The notes under the pieces: generated by a model | Databases searched by the model: none | What the model was told of the DNA's origin: nothing | Seen by the model: the letters and a program-made list of their open reading frames with translations, nothing else | In this document: positions 35,555 through 51,530 of the stretch, one piece after another | Layout: each line of letters begins with the position of its first letter | How positions within the stretch are numbered: the first letter of the stretch is position 1 | Position numbers and translations under genes: made by a program | Assembly: GCF_006345805.1 (NCBI RefSeq) | Contig: NC_042999.1 | Location: 59,644,001 to 59,708,000, forward strand | DNA from: Octopus sinensis | Taxonomy: Eukaryota | Length of the DNA: 64,000 bases | Reading direction: 5' to 3'

Positions 35555-35759
35555 ATTATTATTAATATTATTATTATTAATTCTTGCAATGTAGCAAGCT
35601 GGCAGAATCGTTAGTACACTGGACAAAATGCTAAGCAGCATTTCAACCGTCTTCATGTTGGGATTCCTGCAGGCGGAATACAAGATGACGTTATCCTACG
35701 TTCCGACGATATCTCAATTCTAATATCTTTCAAAGTATCGCAATTCGAATATTCTTCAA

Positions 35760-36370
35760 CCTCTTGAATAACTACTTCGGGGATTGCATCAAGGGTACTA
35801 ACCACCTTAGAAACAATTTCCTCCTTTGCGTTCCGCGATGTCTTCAACTGTATGGCTAGGTTCTAATATTTCTCAATTTCTTTCATAGCCATTCACTATC
35901 ATATGGCATTGCAAAATCTATGATCTTACACCTTACACATTTTTGTCTCTACGACCCTTTCTTGTCTCTTTTCTTCAATCATATGATTAGTTTGTATGGA
36001 GAAAATCACATAAAACCCTATAATATATGCCTTGTGTTCATTCCACTTGTCTGTCACTTTGAATTCCTAAACTTAGCCTATATACCAATACATATTTTTA
36101 CCCTAACAGTCTTGTCTACGCTTATACTCTTTTTTGCATTAGCATAGTGTTCACTTAGAGATGGTTAATACTTTCGCTCCCTTTTTCACAGAGTCTGCGT
36201 TTGTATTCTACGTGTATTACGTTCTTTCCAATGGTTATAATCAGCGTTTCAATTTCTTATTTCATAGTTCGCGTTCCTCGGTTTGTTGCATGAATTGGTC
36301 ATGTAATTCCTTCTCTTTTCAATCATTTGTCCAGCTGTTCTTTCTGTCTGTTTGCTTGTTTTTTTTTTAT
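35760..36370 (-). mobile_element. Old degenerate R4/Dong 3' part (zinc knuckle and RLE)
   Basis: Across frameshifts: CRLCEKG...KKEYKRR...IQTNHMIEEKR...DFAMPYD...KEIEKY.NLAIQLK...VVSTLDAIP. Confidence 0.65.
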
Positions 36371-36587
36371 TTATTTTGATTTTTAACTTTTGATATCTGT
36401 GGGTGTAGACAGCATTCTTTTTTCTCGATCAATAAAGTTTCAGATTGTTGTTTGTGAGAAATACTTAAATAACCAAATATAGTATTAGCACGATTCACAG
36501 GATATGTTTGAAGTGGTTGTGGTGCATGTCTCATGCTAGATAATATATGATATAGACTCTTCGGAATGAAGATTTAATTATAAAATA

Positions 36588-37144
36588 TTGGGTTGTCCGG
36601 AAAGTTCCTGCCTATTTATAGTAGCTTACCTTTCGACTTATTTTAGAACATGGTTGAGTCGGATTTGACTACACCTCCATTTAGGACACAGTTTAAGCTA
36701 TATTTGCGTGGAAGAAGCTTTATGTTCCTATAACCTGTGTTAATTCTGTAACCCTTTAAAATGGAAGATAAGAAAGTTCATTTTCGGCACTTGATGCTTT
36801 GGGAACCAGACAAAAATTGCTGCAGCTCGGCTGGGATGTGTTACCCCACCCTCCAGATTCACCAGATATTGCTCCTTCAGATTTCCACTTCTTCAGGTCT
36901 CTGCAGAATAGTCTTAATGGTAAAATTTTCAATTTCTTGGATGACGTAAAAAGATACCTTGATCAATTCTTTGCCATGAAACCACCTCAATTCTTGGAAG
37001 AGGGTATTTTCAAGTTAAAGGAAAGATGGAGACGCATTGTGCAACAAAATGGTTCATATTTGGTTGATTAAAAATGTAATGGCAAGTATTTATTGGCTGT
37101 CTTTTTTCCTTTAAACATCGGCACGAACTTTCCGGACAACCCAA
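36588..37144 (+). mobile_element. Internally deleted mariner (557 bp) with both TIRs and TA TSD
   Basis: TIRs ttgggttgtccggaaagttc(c/g)tgcc; TA at 36586-87 and 37145-46. MEDKKVHFRHLMLW is fused to TRQKLLQLGWDVLPHPPDSPDIAPSDFHFFRSLQNSL...GSYLVD*. Confidence 0.93.
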
Positions 37145-37499
37145 TATTACATTGATCCAAATATTTCCTCTGCGCAAATGTACCCGGTTCAACCCATTGT
37201 TTTTTAAATCAAAATCTAATCACATGAGTTCACTATATTTTTGATAAAATGTTTTAAAAAGATGCTTACAGACTTCAAATAGTCAGGAAATATTGATTCT
37301 TTAGAATTGTTGCATCCAGACGATTATTCAAGATTATGCATAAAAAATGGGCAAAAATTTAATAAACAAATGCGTAACTTGAAATAAACTTTTAATCATT
37401 TTCTTTTCTTTTGAAAACATGCATGTTTTACATAATACTTGATTACACGAATGATTTATTTTTCTCATCGGTAACTTTTTTCCAATGTATAACCCATTG

Positions 37500-37745
37500 C
37501 TTAGGGATGATGAAGAATAGATAGATAGACAGACAGATAGCTAGCTAGCTAGGTAGATAGATAGATAGATACATACATACATACATACATGCATACATAG
37601 ATACATACATATACACATATATACAACACACACGTACGCATATACATACATATATGTAGGTATATATATATATATATACACATACATATTTACATATATA
37701 TATACATATTTACATATATATATGTATATATATATATATATATAT
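37500..37745. repeat. (GATA)/(CATA)/(TA)n compound microsatellite
   Basis: Visible directly. Confidence 0.95.
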
Positions 37746-37849
37746 GAAAATTCCAGCTATTTAGCAGCAATAATGGTTGCATACAATTTGGAACACCCAC
37801 TCAAACACCCACCCACCCATCCATCAATACATACATATAACATTTTCTA

Positions 37850-38235
37850 CACTAGACACAAGGCTCGAAATTTTTGAGGAGGGGGCCAGTCGATTAGATC
37901 GACCCCAGTACACAACTGGTACTTATTTTATCGACCCCGAAAGGATGAAAGGCAAAGTCGACCACGGCGGAATTTGAACTCAGAACGTAAAGACACACGA
38001 AATACCTATTTCTGTACTACCCACAAGGGGCTAAACATAGAGTAGACAAACAAGGACAGACAAACGCATTAAGTCGATCACATCAACTCCAGTGTGAGAC
38101 TGGTACTTAATTTATCGACCCCGAAAGGATGAAAGACAAAGTCGGTCTCGGCGGGATTTGAACTCAGAACGTAAAGACGAACGAAATACCGGTAAGCATT
38201 TCGCCCAGCCTGCTAACGTTTCAACCAGTTTGCTG
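37850..38235 (-). mobile_element. SINE B dimer (type 1 unit followed by type 2-like tail)
   Basis: Two cores; junction gaaataggtatttc at ~38005. Confidence 0.85.
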
Positions 38236-38433
38236 CTTGAAGTAAAGGAATATTAAAATACATGCATATATGCATAATATGTACATACATCAATGCATAA
38301 TTACAGACGTACCTACACGCACACACGTACAAACAAACGGCCTTATATACAAGAATACATGAGTAAATACATTCAAAGATACATAAAGAAAAAGCGATAG
38401 ACAGATAGCTAACTAGCTAGTTAGGTAGGTAGG

Positions 38434-38485
<52 letters not shown>

Positions 38486-38508
38486 TAGATATATATATAT
38501 ATATATAT

Positions 38509-38554
<46 letters not shown>

Positions 38555-38934
38555 TGGCAAGCACAAAGATACAAAAACGAGGGTAACTAACCATTCCCTG
38601 CGTAATTAGCAATGTGCTAAGTTTTAATTTAATATGGTAAAGCGTTGAAGAGTCGGAACTACCTACTTGTCTATGTTAGAATATATTTAACTATTCAATT
38701 AGTTGCGACACGTTTCATCTCGTTTCTTTTCTAATTAACCATCTATTTCGTAAGTATTGGTGCAAGCATAGCTATATGGTTAAGAAATTCCCTTGATAAC
38801 CATGTGGCTTTGGATTCAATCCTGTTGCGCAACTCCTTGGTTAAGTATCACATACCATAGCTAGCGTCACATTTAAGTAACGCTCGTTTACAAAATTTAA
38901 TTATAAAAGATTATCATTCATATATATAGTAGGC

Positions 38935-39712
38935 TCTGTATGACGACCATGACTTTGAGACTCAGTCTCAACGTATGGCTCACCACTTCACCCTACGTGG
39001 ATATACCCCTCACCACTATCCACAACCGCCCTTGCCAGAGCACGGTCCGTGGACCGTGTATCTGCTCTCTCTCCCCGAACCCGCCCTGTAGTCTCCCGCC
39101 TCCCTTTTCCCCTCACTTACCACTCCACGACCCTACGTCTCCAACGCACCATTCTTCGAGCTTTCCGTCATCTCCAGTCCGACCCGTCCACTTCACACCT
39201 CTTCCCTAACCGACCCCTCCCCTCTTTCAAACGAGCCCACAACCTTCGAGACCTTTTGGTCCATAGCTCCTTCCCTGACCCTACCTCCCAACTCGGCTCG
39301 TTCCCCTGCTCCCGCCCACGTTGCCGCACTTGCCCTTACCTCTCCAACACCACCCGCCTCACTAGCACCCAACCATCGACCCTATCCCATCATCCACTCC
39401 TTCACCTGCACCTCCAGCAATATTATCTATTGCATCTCTTGCTCTCTCTGCAATTCCTTGTACATCGGACAAACGGGACGCCGCTTGGCTGACCGGTTCG
39501 CGGAACACCTTCGTGACATCCACCTTGCGAACGACACACCGGTCTCACGCCATTTCCGCTCCACCGGTCACTCCTTGCAACACCTATCTGTGTTCGGTTT
39601 GTCCTTACACAGAGGCCATCCGGATTCCCGTTTGCGCCGTGAACAGGAATTAATCTTCTCTCTTCGCTCTTATACGCCATTTGGTCTCAACTCTCCCCCC
39701 CTCCTCATCTAA
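38935..39712 (+). mobile_element. Penelope-like element 3' part with GIY-YIG endonuclease
   Basis: LPFPLTYH...PLPSFKRAHNLRDLLVHS...CSRPRCRTC, a frameshift, then FTCTSSNIIYCISCSLCNSLYIGQTGRRLADRFAEH...REQELIFSLRSYTPFGLN. Confidence 0.92.
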
Positions 39713-40419
39713 GCCCCCTCCCCCCCCCTCCTCATCTATCCTTTCTCCCCCCGACCCCTACTTCTTCAGTCCTTCATCCTTTCACCCCTACTCCCCCTTC
39801 TCCCCTTTCCTTCTTCCTCTTTCTCCCTCCCTCTTCCCCTTCCCTCTGCTCCCTCACTCCCCCTCTCCCCTTCTCTCTCCCCCCCTCTCCTCCCTCTTTC
39901 CTCCTTCATCCCCCTCATCCTTCCTTCTCCCCATCCTCTCCTCTCCCCCTTCTCCTCCCCCTCTTCTTCCCCTCCCCTTCTCTCCCCCTCTTCTCCCCCT
40001 CCCCCTCTTCTCCTCACTACACCACATGACTTTACACATCACATATGATGTGCCATACTAATACACACACCAACTAATACATACTAATACGTACTAATAC
40101 ATACTAGTACATACTAATACTTACACCAACCCTATACATACACACGTCCAGACCCCGCATACGCACTTATACTCTCTCTCACACACACACACCACACAAC
40201 CTATACATACCAATACGTACTAATACATACTAATACATACACCAACCCCATACATACGCACGTCCAGACCAATCTTACGCACTAATACTCTCTCATACAC
40301 ACACACCACACACCCTTATACATACTAATACATACACCAACCCTATACATACCACATCCAGACCCCTCCCACGCACTTTTAGCTGGTCCCTCAACCCCTT
40401 TATCAACCCTATTATCTCC

Positions 40420-40689
40420 CCTTATTTCGCTCTCCGCGTCTCATGTTTGATCTTTGACCTCTGGCCGAAATCAGATCGCCATGTTGATTCGTTAGCTACT
40501 GCACGCATTTTTTTCTCTCCTTCTTTCTGTGTTTTTCTCTCTCTGTGTATCTTCTGTTGAAGAGCGTAGGCTCGAAACGTTAAAGACTTGTTTTATTTAT
40601 ATTTCCTGAGCGCCATACTAATACAATTGTTCGTTTGTTTTCCACCTGCCTTCGTCTTTTGTTTATTTTCATAAAGCTTCCCGTTATAT

Positions 40690-40690
<1 letters not shown>
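40420..40690 (+). mobile_element. Penelope-type terminal repeat with a variant hammerhead motif
   Basis: ctgttga-a-gagc-gtag-gctc-gaaacgtt at 40554-40581; a related copy lies inverted at ~50900-51090. Confidence 0.65.
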
Positions 40691-40927
<237 letters not shown>

Positions 40928-40934
40928 AACACAG

Positions 40935-41194
40935 AAGTAAAGTTGATCGTCATATCTATGTAGCTGTTCCATGTTATTACTAGTTTAACCCCAAGAAGAT
41001 TTTCTGCCAGCTGGTCATCCGTGCAGCTCTGCACCCTGAACATATATATTGCCAGCAGGAGAGCGAACCCCCGCTCGCAATATATACGTTCAGGATGCAG
41101 CGCTGCACTGATAACCAGTTGGCGGAAGATCTGCCTTGGGTTAAACTAGCAGTACCATGGAACAGTTACACTGATGTGGCGATTAACTTTACTT
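40935..41194. mobile_element. ~260-bp imperfect palindrome (MITE-like fold-back)
   Basis: aagtaaagttgatcgtcatatc...ctagtttaacccc pairs with gggttaaactag...gattaactttactt; centre near 41065. Confidence 0.75.
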
Positions 41195-41396
41195 GTTACT
41201 ATAGTTAGTTAGTATTTTGTGTGTGTGTGTGTGTGTTTTGTGTGTGTGTGTGTGTGTATACATACACAAAATGGGACAAGAACGCAAAACATCCAGATGG
41301 ACTATGTAAAGAAAACAAGGACGTGTCATTCGGACTTTTCTTTCCTAAGTCGAGTTCCAGATTAACTTTTCAATATACATATACATATGATATATA

Positions 41397-41427
<31 letters not shown>

Positions 41428-41593
41428 GGGGGAGATAGATAGATAGATAGATGTACTTTATTTGTGGATTGTCTCTTAACATGAAACCAATGGTCTGGTG
41501 AACGCACGCGTAAAGAATACGTTACCATCAATGAAATGTTGAGCATTCATTCTTACTGTTCGATGATAGCGCATATATATATATATATATATT

Positions 41594-41652
<59 letters not shown>

Positions 41653-42155
41653 GGATGGATAGATAGATACGAATATGTATATAGATGCACACTCACACAC
41701 ATACATACACACACACATATGTAGCTCTTATTTCTAGCAAAGTAAGTGTTTCTAACACCCTTAGTCATACTTAATGACGATTATAGTTTTCCTTTTTGGT
41801 ACACATTGCTTACTGCTGCCTAAATCAATGATTTGTTTACAAATTAGCGGTTCCCTAAATGATCTATAGATTTCTATGTCGTAGACATACAGGCTGGCAG
41901 CAATCATCGTCCAGAAACAGCTGAGTTGGGCCGATTACACTGAAGAAGCCACGGCAAAAAAGCCCGAAACTGACCGATTAGGCTGGGAATACTTCGACTG
42001 CAGCTTTTCGGCCAATTATGGTCCCTGTTAGCATGTAAGTATACTGTTATGTGCTTTGACTTCAGTATTAAAGCGTTTAGCTGTTGTCTCTATATATAGT
42101 TTTCTCTATATATAGTTTTCTTTTTGGTACACATTGCTTACTGCTGCCCCTATTA

Positions 42156-42192
<37 letters not shown>

Positions 42193-42513
42193 AAAGCGGG
42201 AAGAGTGCTGCTAAGCTGCTGCGTCTCGCAATGAGTAATAGTTTGTAATACATATATCCAAAAATATTTCTGGAACAAAAAGCAATAAAAAAATGATGTT
42301 CAAGGTCATTGATTTTATGCAATACTGAAGAAACAGGGGGGGAGTTCAACATTTTAGGCGGAATTCATTTGTTTATAAGAAGCAAAAAATATATATAATA
42401 AGAGAATAAAAGAAAAAATGGCGACTTTTCAATGATTGTTTGACCTCAAATACTGAAGACTGTCGGAAGATTGCTGATATCTCCGTCAAAAGAGATAATG
42501 AGCAAAAATGTCG

Positions 42514-42564
<51 letters not shown>

Positions 42565-42773
42565 CGCGCGTGTGTGTGTGTGTATGTGTGTGTGTGTGTG
42601 TAGTTGCTGTTGTTCTGGTAGTTATTCATGTTATGTGAGTGCCGATGTAGGCTTTGTATGTGTGCGTGTTTTGTGGGGGCGCGTTTTATCGAGAATAAGT
42701 ATGTATATTTAAGTATGTGTGTATGCGTGTATGGGGCTGTGACAGATAGATGGATAGATGATAGATAGATATG

Positions 42774-43776
<1,003 letters not shown>

Positions 43777-46379
43777 CAGACAGTGGCCGAAAACAAAATA
43801 GACTGTGGTTATGTTTGTAAGGGAAGTGAAGATGAGAAGTGTTATATGAATAAGTGGCATTTATCAGGGTTACTAAACGGTGGATTACCTGATTTTAGTC
43901 GAAAGATAAGTTACAGTTCGCAATGTAACCGAAAGGCGATTGATCTTTGATCAGACTGACATTACAAACAATCTCTGACTGGTTTTCCAATATTTGACAT
44001 ATCACATAGTAAGGATTTTATATAGTAAGTGAGCACCTTTGTGGTACAAGAAAATCGCCTAGATGGAATGGGGAGTTAAGTCAGTGAAATATTTTGGATG
44101 AAAAAATGTGTCGTAACGAGAGACATACTTTCGTTGGGAGTAGAGAAAAGTGAAAGACCGAAAAATTTCGGTGATTGTGATCATGTCTGAAGAAAGCGAG
44201 AGGGCATTTAGGAAAAATGTGTTGTATGGATGATAAAATTGCTGATTGTGGGCGAAGATTAGAAAAAGAAAGATGGCGAGGTATATTTGAGGGCTGTTTA
44301 ATGTGAAAGAGGTTATTGATAAGTTGCCAAAGTGCTTTAGCCTTCTACGGGTTAGTCTATCATCTCACCGTAGTGCTATCTTAATGAACAGACTTAACGA
44401 CAATGTCTGCCTTTGTCGAAGTCGGCGGAGTTCTGAGAGCGCCGTCTTAGAGATGTTGAAGTGTCGCAAAGGTTTCCAAAATTGAAACGATCGAATTCAG
44501 TTTTTTTTAAACTTTAGGGAAGGGTAGTGCTTATGATCCTTTACAGGCCTTCGACATTGACGGAAAGGAGGGAAGAAGGAAGAAAATTATTCTCATGCTG
44601 GAGACCTGGTCCGATGCTTGCAACAGATTGGATTCAGATAAATGCAATCAAAGGCCAGGTTGTGGTGCTATGCCGAGTGTCAGATAACTCAACCACCCAA
44701 GAAGGCTACGACTGGATTTCAACTTAGAAAGCAAAGATCCAAAACATATTTGTTCCGGCGCCAGGTATATCATTCGACGCTCTTACTTTTCCGCCTGTCC
44801 ACCACCTTACGTTTGTAATTTATTTACTGACCCCAGAAGAATGAAACGCAAATTTGACCTGGCGGGGTTTGAAATCTGAACGGAAAATGCTAATATAAAT
44901 ACTGTAAGGTATTTCTCCCAAATCTCTAAGGATTCCGCCACTTCGCTGCTTTCATGTGAAGATACAAGCTGGTAAGTAGATTCAGTTCCTTGAACTATGC
45001 TGAAGTGGGCGTTCAGTGTGAAGGACGTCAGTGAAGATCAGTGAAGTAGCCTTTGTCACTGAGCCCAGATGATAAGTGGTTGAAAATGCACATTGGATAG
45101 TGCATCGAAGGAACCGCTTGATGTCCGGGTTTTAATCTGTTCGATAGATGGGGGAGGGATATTTAGCAGGGTTCTCTACCAGGTTTAGAATAGTCATTAT
45201 GGGATGTCACACAGGCATTTTCTTGTTACCCTTACCATCGGAAATGCAGTAACCCAGGAATTAGCTAATATTAATCCCTGTAACCAGTATTAATCACGAA
45301 AGTCCATATTGAACGCTATAACCAATACTGATTACAGGAAAATGTATGTGATAATGAACTTAATAACAGTAATAATTACTATCATCGGTACCAAAATACA
45401 ATTCATTTTATTGAACACGAAAGGATAAAAGTTAAGCTGACCTCGGCGAGATTTAAACTCAGAACGTAGAGTCGATCTATACGACGTTCATTAATTTTAT
45501 CACAAGCAGAATGAAAGTAAGTGCCCTAGTGGTAAGTGTGTTAGACTGAAGATCATAAAGTTGTGGATTCGATTCCTAGACAGAGCGGTATGTTGTGCTC
45601 TTAAGGAATGCACTTTGTATCCTGTTTTTCTTGTCTACTTAACTGAAAACGCACCCCAGCTAAGAGTCGTTGCACCTGTAGAGTCCATACAGCAGTCACA
45701 TCTGAGATGTTCTGTTAGATCAAGAGTACGAAGGCCAAAATGGTTCTATGTCGACACGCGACGACATACACATTTTAAGACAATTCCGAGACCATGGTAC
45801 ATGTTTGCAAGTCATACTCGCTTGGGTGTGACGGCAATAACAATAAGCATGGGGCCAGAAATTTGGTGAGAGGAAGGAGAGAATTAGTTATATTCAGCCA
45901 GTACTTCATTTTTAATTTCACCAATTCGAAAAGATGAAAGCTAAAATTGATTCAGGCTGGATTTGAACTTAAATCGCAAAGTACCGGAACAAACATCGCA
46001 GGACATTGAGTTCGATACTCTAACGGTTGCACCAGTCCCTAAGACTGTTTCTAATATAGACGCAGAGCCATTACAGTTACATGCTCTACATTATATTTTA
46101 TCGATCTCGGAAATTTGAAAGGCAAAATTGGTCTTGGCATTAGAACACAAAATATAAAGAAGTGACATAAATACTCGAGGCGTTTTGTTCATCGCGCTAA
46201 CCATTCCGCCAATCCACAATAATGTCATGTTGGGACAAAGGCTTTGCAATATTTTGGTAAATTTTTGCTTTATTCGTCCAGTTACAACAAAGCAGCCTAG
46301 CATACAAAGTAGAGACCTTTGTGTTACACCGTCTGAAACCACCTTTCTGCCAGTTCTGATATCAGTTTTTTGTCCTCCG

Positions 46380-46720
46380 AGGCGAAGATCCCTTTCAATA
46401 ATGCTTCCACCCCGACTTGGTTGATGAAGTGTCTCGAGCGGAGGATGTGTACCATAAATAGCATCCAGTAATAATCTAAGGGAGCTAGGTCGATTCCCTC
46501 AAGTTCCCGGAGTTCATCCAGGGTCGTTCAAGCGGTATAAGATCTTGCTTTGACCTGCTGCAGAAGGGCTCGCTTTCTGTTAACAAATGACGTGTATTTT
46601 TGCCACACTATGACATACACCCGTTCCAGGTGTTCAGGTTGGTATCGATGGTTCGACCGTCCGGAACCAACTCGTAGTTAATTATTCCCTCATAATCCCC
46701 AAGCGTAAAAAGATGGGGCA
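46380..46720 (-). mobile_element. Degenerate mariner transposase fragment
   Basis: DYEGIINYELVPDGRTID (WWDxxGIIxxELxP motif), with DLAPLDY further downstream. Confidence 0.65.
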
Positions 46721-46865
46721 CGTTGGGTTTGCAGAAAAATATTTTCCTCGAATTGTGAAAATTGGGGGGGGGGGAGTCGTGTCTCAAACATTCGAACAAC
46801 ATATGTATGTGTGTATGTATGTATGTATGTATGTATGTATGTATGTATGTATGTATGTATGTATG

Positions 46866-47290
46866 TATATTTATGTCAGGTCACTTTCGAGTGCTACTAG
46901 TAACATGTAACCCAGTACAAGCTGTTGCATGGTCGGGTCGTCGGCGACTAAACCGGCAACCCCACCAAGCTTGCTTGATGAGGAGGGCGTTTATTGGACA
47001 CCCTGCGGGATGAAAAACAAAACCCGTCAAAGGGCGGAGGAACTCTTGAGAGTCAACGGCCATCCTATAAATGTCTTAAGGCTGTATCATGCGCGGGGAT
47101 ATAGAAATAATCGGACTGAATACCCGATCGCGCGGTTAAACCATTGGAAGTGAAGGACTCCTAGCCTTTGTTAGGGCATCCTTCTAGGAGAAGGTAACTC
47201 AAGTAACTGGGATAACTCCGACATAAAACCTGCGGCTCAGTGGTTACCGATGATGTTGACTTGTTCTTCTTTTCGGATTATGGCCGCTGT
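46866..47290 (+). mobile_element. Probable RTE-type LINE 5' UTR without an ORF
   Basis: GC-richer non-coding block with agggcatccttctaggagaaggtaactc...aaaacctgcggctc, which resembles RTE 5' UTRs as I recall them; no protein evidence. Confidence 0.4.
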
Positions 47291-47434
47291 TGCTTAGTGA
47301 TTGGGATTAAATCAGTGCACAGCCTTTCCTCACTTTAAGGATAATCTTCTTGCACAGGCATTGCACGACAACGACATTGATTAAGCTTCGTGCAATGGCC
47401 ATACTCGATAACGAGGGGGCAGCCACCATTAATG

Positions 47435-47468
<34 letters not shown>

Positions 47469-47929
47469 TGTATGTATGTATGTATGCATGCATGTATGTG
47501 TGAGTGTATGTATGTGTGTATGTTTGTACGAATGCAAGTCTGCATGTTTGTATGTATGCATGTATGTGTGTATGCATGTATGTACTTATGCATGCATGTA
47601 TCTATTTATGTATGTATGTATGCATATGCATGTAGGTATGTATGCTTGTGTGATATATGTATGCACGTATGAATGTATGTATGTATGTATGTATGTGAGC
47701 CATTGCGTTCGTGTTTGTCTCCTACCACCGATACTATGGGGTAGCGGGTCTAGTCGATTACATCGACTTTAGCGATCAGCTGGGTACTTATTTTATCGAT
47801 CCTCAGAGAGGATGGAAAGCAAGGTGAAACCGCTTGCGGAACTTGAACACAAAACGTTAAGAACTGGAACAAATATTGCTAAGCATTTTGTTATTCAGTT
47901 CGTGGCTAAACGACTCCGCCGATCCACAA

Positions 47930-49740
<1,811 letters not shown>

Positions 49741-49817
49741 CAATAACACGTACTTCCATATAGAAACCGACAAAAGCGGTACCCGTTTCGCCTGCCTACC
49801 ACCGTCTAAGGAAGGAA

Positions 49818-50208
49818 TACTCTTTTACTCTTTTACTTGTTTCGGTCATTTGACTGCGGCCATACTGGAGCACCACCTTTAGTCGAGCAAATCGACCCCG
49901 GGACTTATTCTTTGTAAGCCCAGTACTTATTCTATCGGTCTCTTTTGCCGAAGCGCTAAGTGACGGGGACGTAAACACACCAGCATCGGTTGTCAATGCT
50001 AGGGGGACAAACACAGACACACAAACACACACATACATATATATACATATATGCGACAGGCTTCTTTCAGTTTCCGTCTACCAAATCCACTCACAAGGCA
50101 TTGGTCGGCCCGGGGCTATAGCAGAAGACACTTGCCCAAGATGTCACGCAGTGGGACTGAACCCGGAACCATGTGGTTGGTTAGCAAGCTACTTACCACA
50201 CAGCCACA
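49818..50208 (-). mobile_element. SINE A, near full length
   Basis: Reverse complement of the family A consensus. Confidence 0.9.
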
Positions 50209-50290
50209 CGAACTTCAACTATAACCCTATGTATTACAATATGTGTGTGCGCCTGTGTATGCGTGCATGCGTGCGCGCGCGCGTGTGTGT

Positions 50291-50439
<149 letters not shown>

Positions 50440-50455
50440 TAGATAGATATATAGA

Positions 50456-50509
<54 letters not shown>

Positions 50510-50846
50510 CACATATATATATATATATACATACATATATACATGTGTATGAATGTATATATATATGCAGACACATATTCAGAAAAGGATTGTCCTGGAA
50601 ATGATATAAAAAACAGGTATACCTTTCTAATTAATTAACAAATGTTATTCAGAATACACATGTCGGTAGAGTATCATTCACGAGAAAGGGAGACAATTCA
50701 AAAGAAAAGCTTGCACACTTTATATGTAAGAAATTCAGATGAAATGCGACGTCGAAGTTTCGCAGAGAGCACCTCCTCAGGAATACATACATATAAATAT
50801 ATATACAAATATATATGTATGTATGTATATATATATGTGTGTGTGC

Positions 50847-50898
<52 letters not shown>

Positions 50899-50899
50899 A

Positions 50900-51270
50900 G
50901 AGATTACGAAAAAAACAAAAGACGAAGACAGGTGGTGAACAAAACAAACAGATGTATTAGTATAACGCTCAGTAATAGAGAAAGTCTTTTACGTTTCGAG
51001 CCTACGTTCTTCTACATAAAGGGACACAGAAAAAACAAGGAGAGAAATAAGGAGAGAAAAAATGTGTGCAGTGGCTAACGATGTTGTAACTACATGTAGA
51101 TTGCTGGTATTTTTTTTCCTTCGTCTCCTTTTCTCTTGGACATTCCTCTGTCTCTGGTTTCTGAAGAAGAGCTTTGCTCGAAACGTAAAACATCCTTTCG
51201 TTCCTTCCCCAAGCGTCTTTTAATAATTTGCATCTACCACGTCCATGCATTGTTCTTTTGTGTTTTTCTT
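50900..51270. mobile_element. Back-to-back pair of Penelope-type terminal repeats
   Basis: 50900-51090 is the reverse complement of 40495-40670; 51100-51270 is a related + strand repeat carrying a hammerhead core. Confidence 0.65.
51157..51191 (+). ncRNA. Minimal type I hammerhead ribozyme motif (Penelope-type)
   Basis: gttt (stem I) - CTGAAGA - a - gagc ttt gctc (stem II) - GAAA - C GT A (palindromic ACGT stem III, GUA triplet) - aaac (stem I'). Confidence 0.65.
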
Positions 51271-51315
51271 TTTTTTTCTGAGGGTGGGTGGAATTAATTA
51301 TCAATATATATATAT

Positions 51316-51530
51316 GTTGTTTGTTCCTTCTCGAGCTACGCCTGGCTCATTAGGGCCGGTTTCCCCACCTGGACGTGACGCCAGCCCGTCGCAGGTGAGC
51401 TGCAAGACGCAGGAAGAAAGAGTAAGAGAAAGTTGTGGCGAAAGAGTCAGCAGAAGTTCGCCATTACCTTCTGCCGGAGCCGCGTGAGATTTGAACCCGC
51501 GAGTCCGCTGCTCTAACCACAAGGCCATGA
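51316..51530 (-). mobile_element. SINE C with an internal deletion
   Basis: Tail and body match 31091-31405; the gtgtttatg...aaacacctaag segment is missing. Confidence 0.8.

Noticed and set aside
41782-42148. 38-bp direct repeat enclosing ctgaaga...gaaac (41940-41970), resembling a retrozyme monomer
   Set aside because: Stem II does not pair, and no NUH triplet or stem I follows. Too weak to call.
43800-45400. Moderately complex non-repetitive-looking DNA
   Set aside because: No sustained ORF or recognisable motif in any frame; may be very old TE debris.
47320-47432. Possible HDV-like ribozyme on the minus strand (P1-like ggtggct/ggccatt, ccctcgt loop)
   Set aside because: There is no room for P2/P3 in the required order; the topology does not fit.
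50735-50790. Minus-strand ctgagga...gcgaaac...gtc hammerhead-like string
   Set aside because: Stems I and II do not form convincingly.
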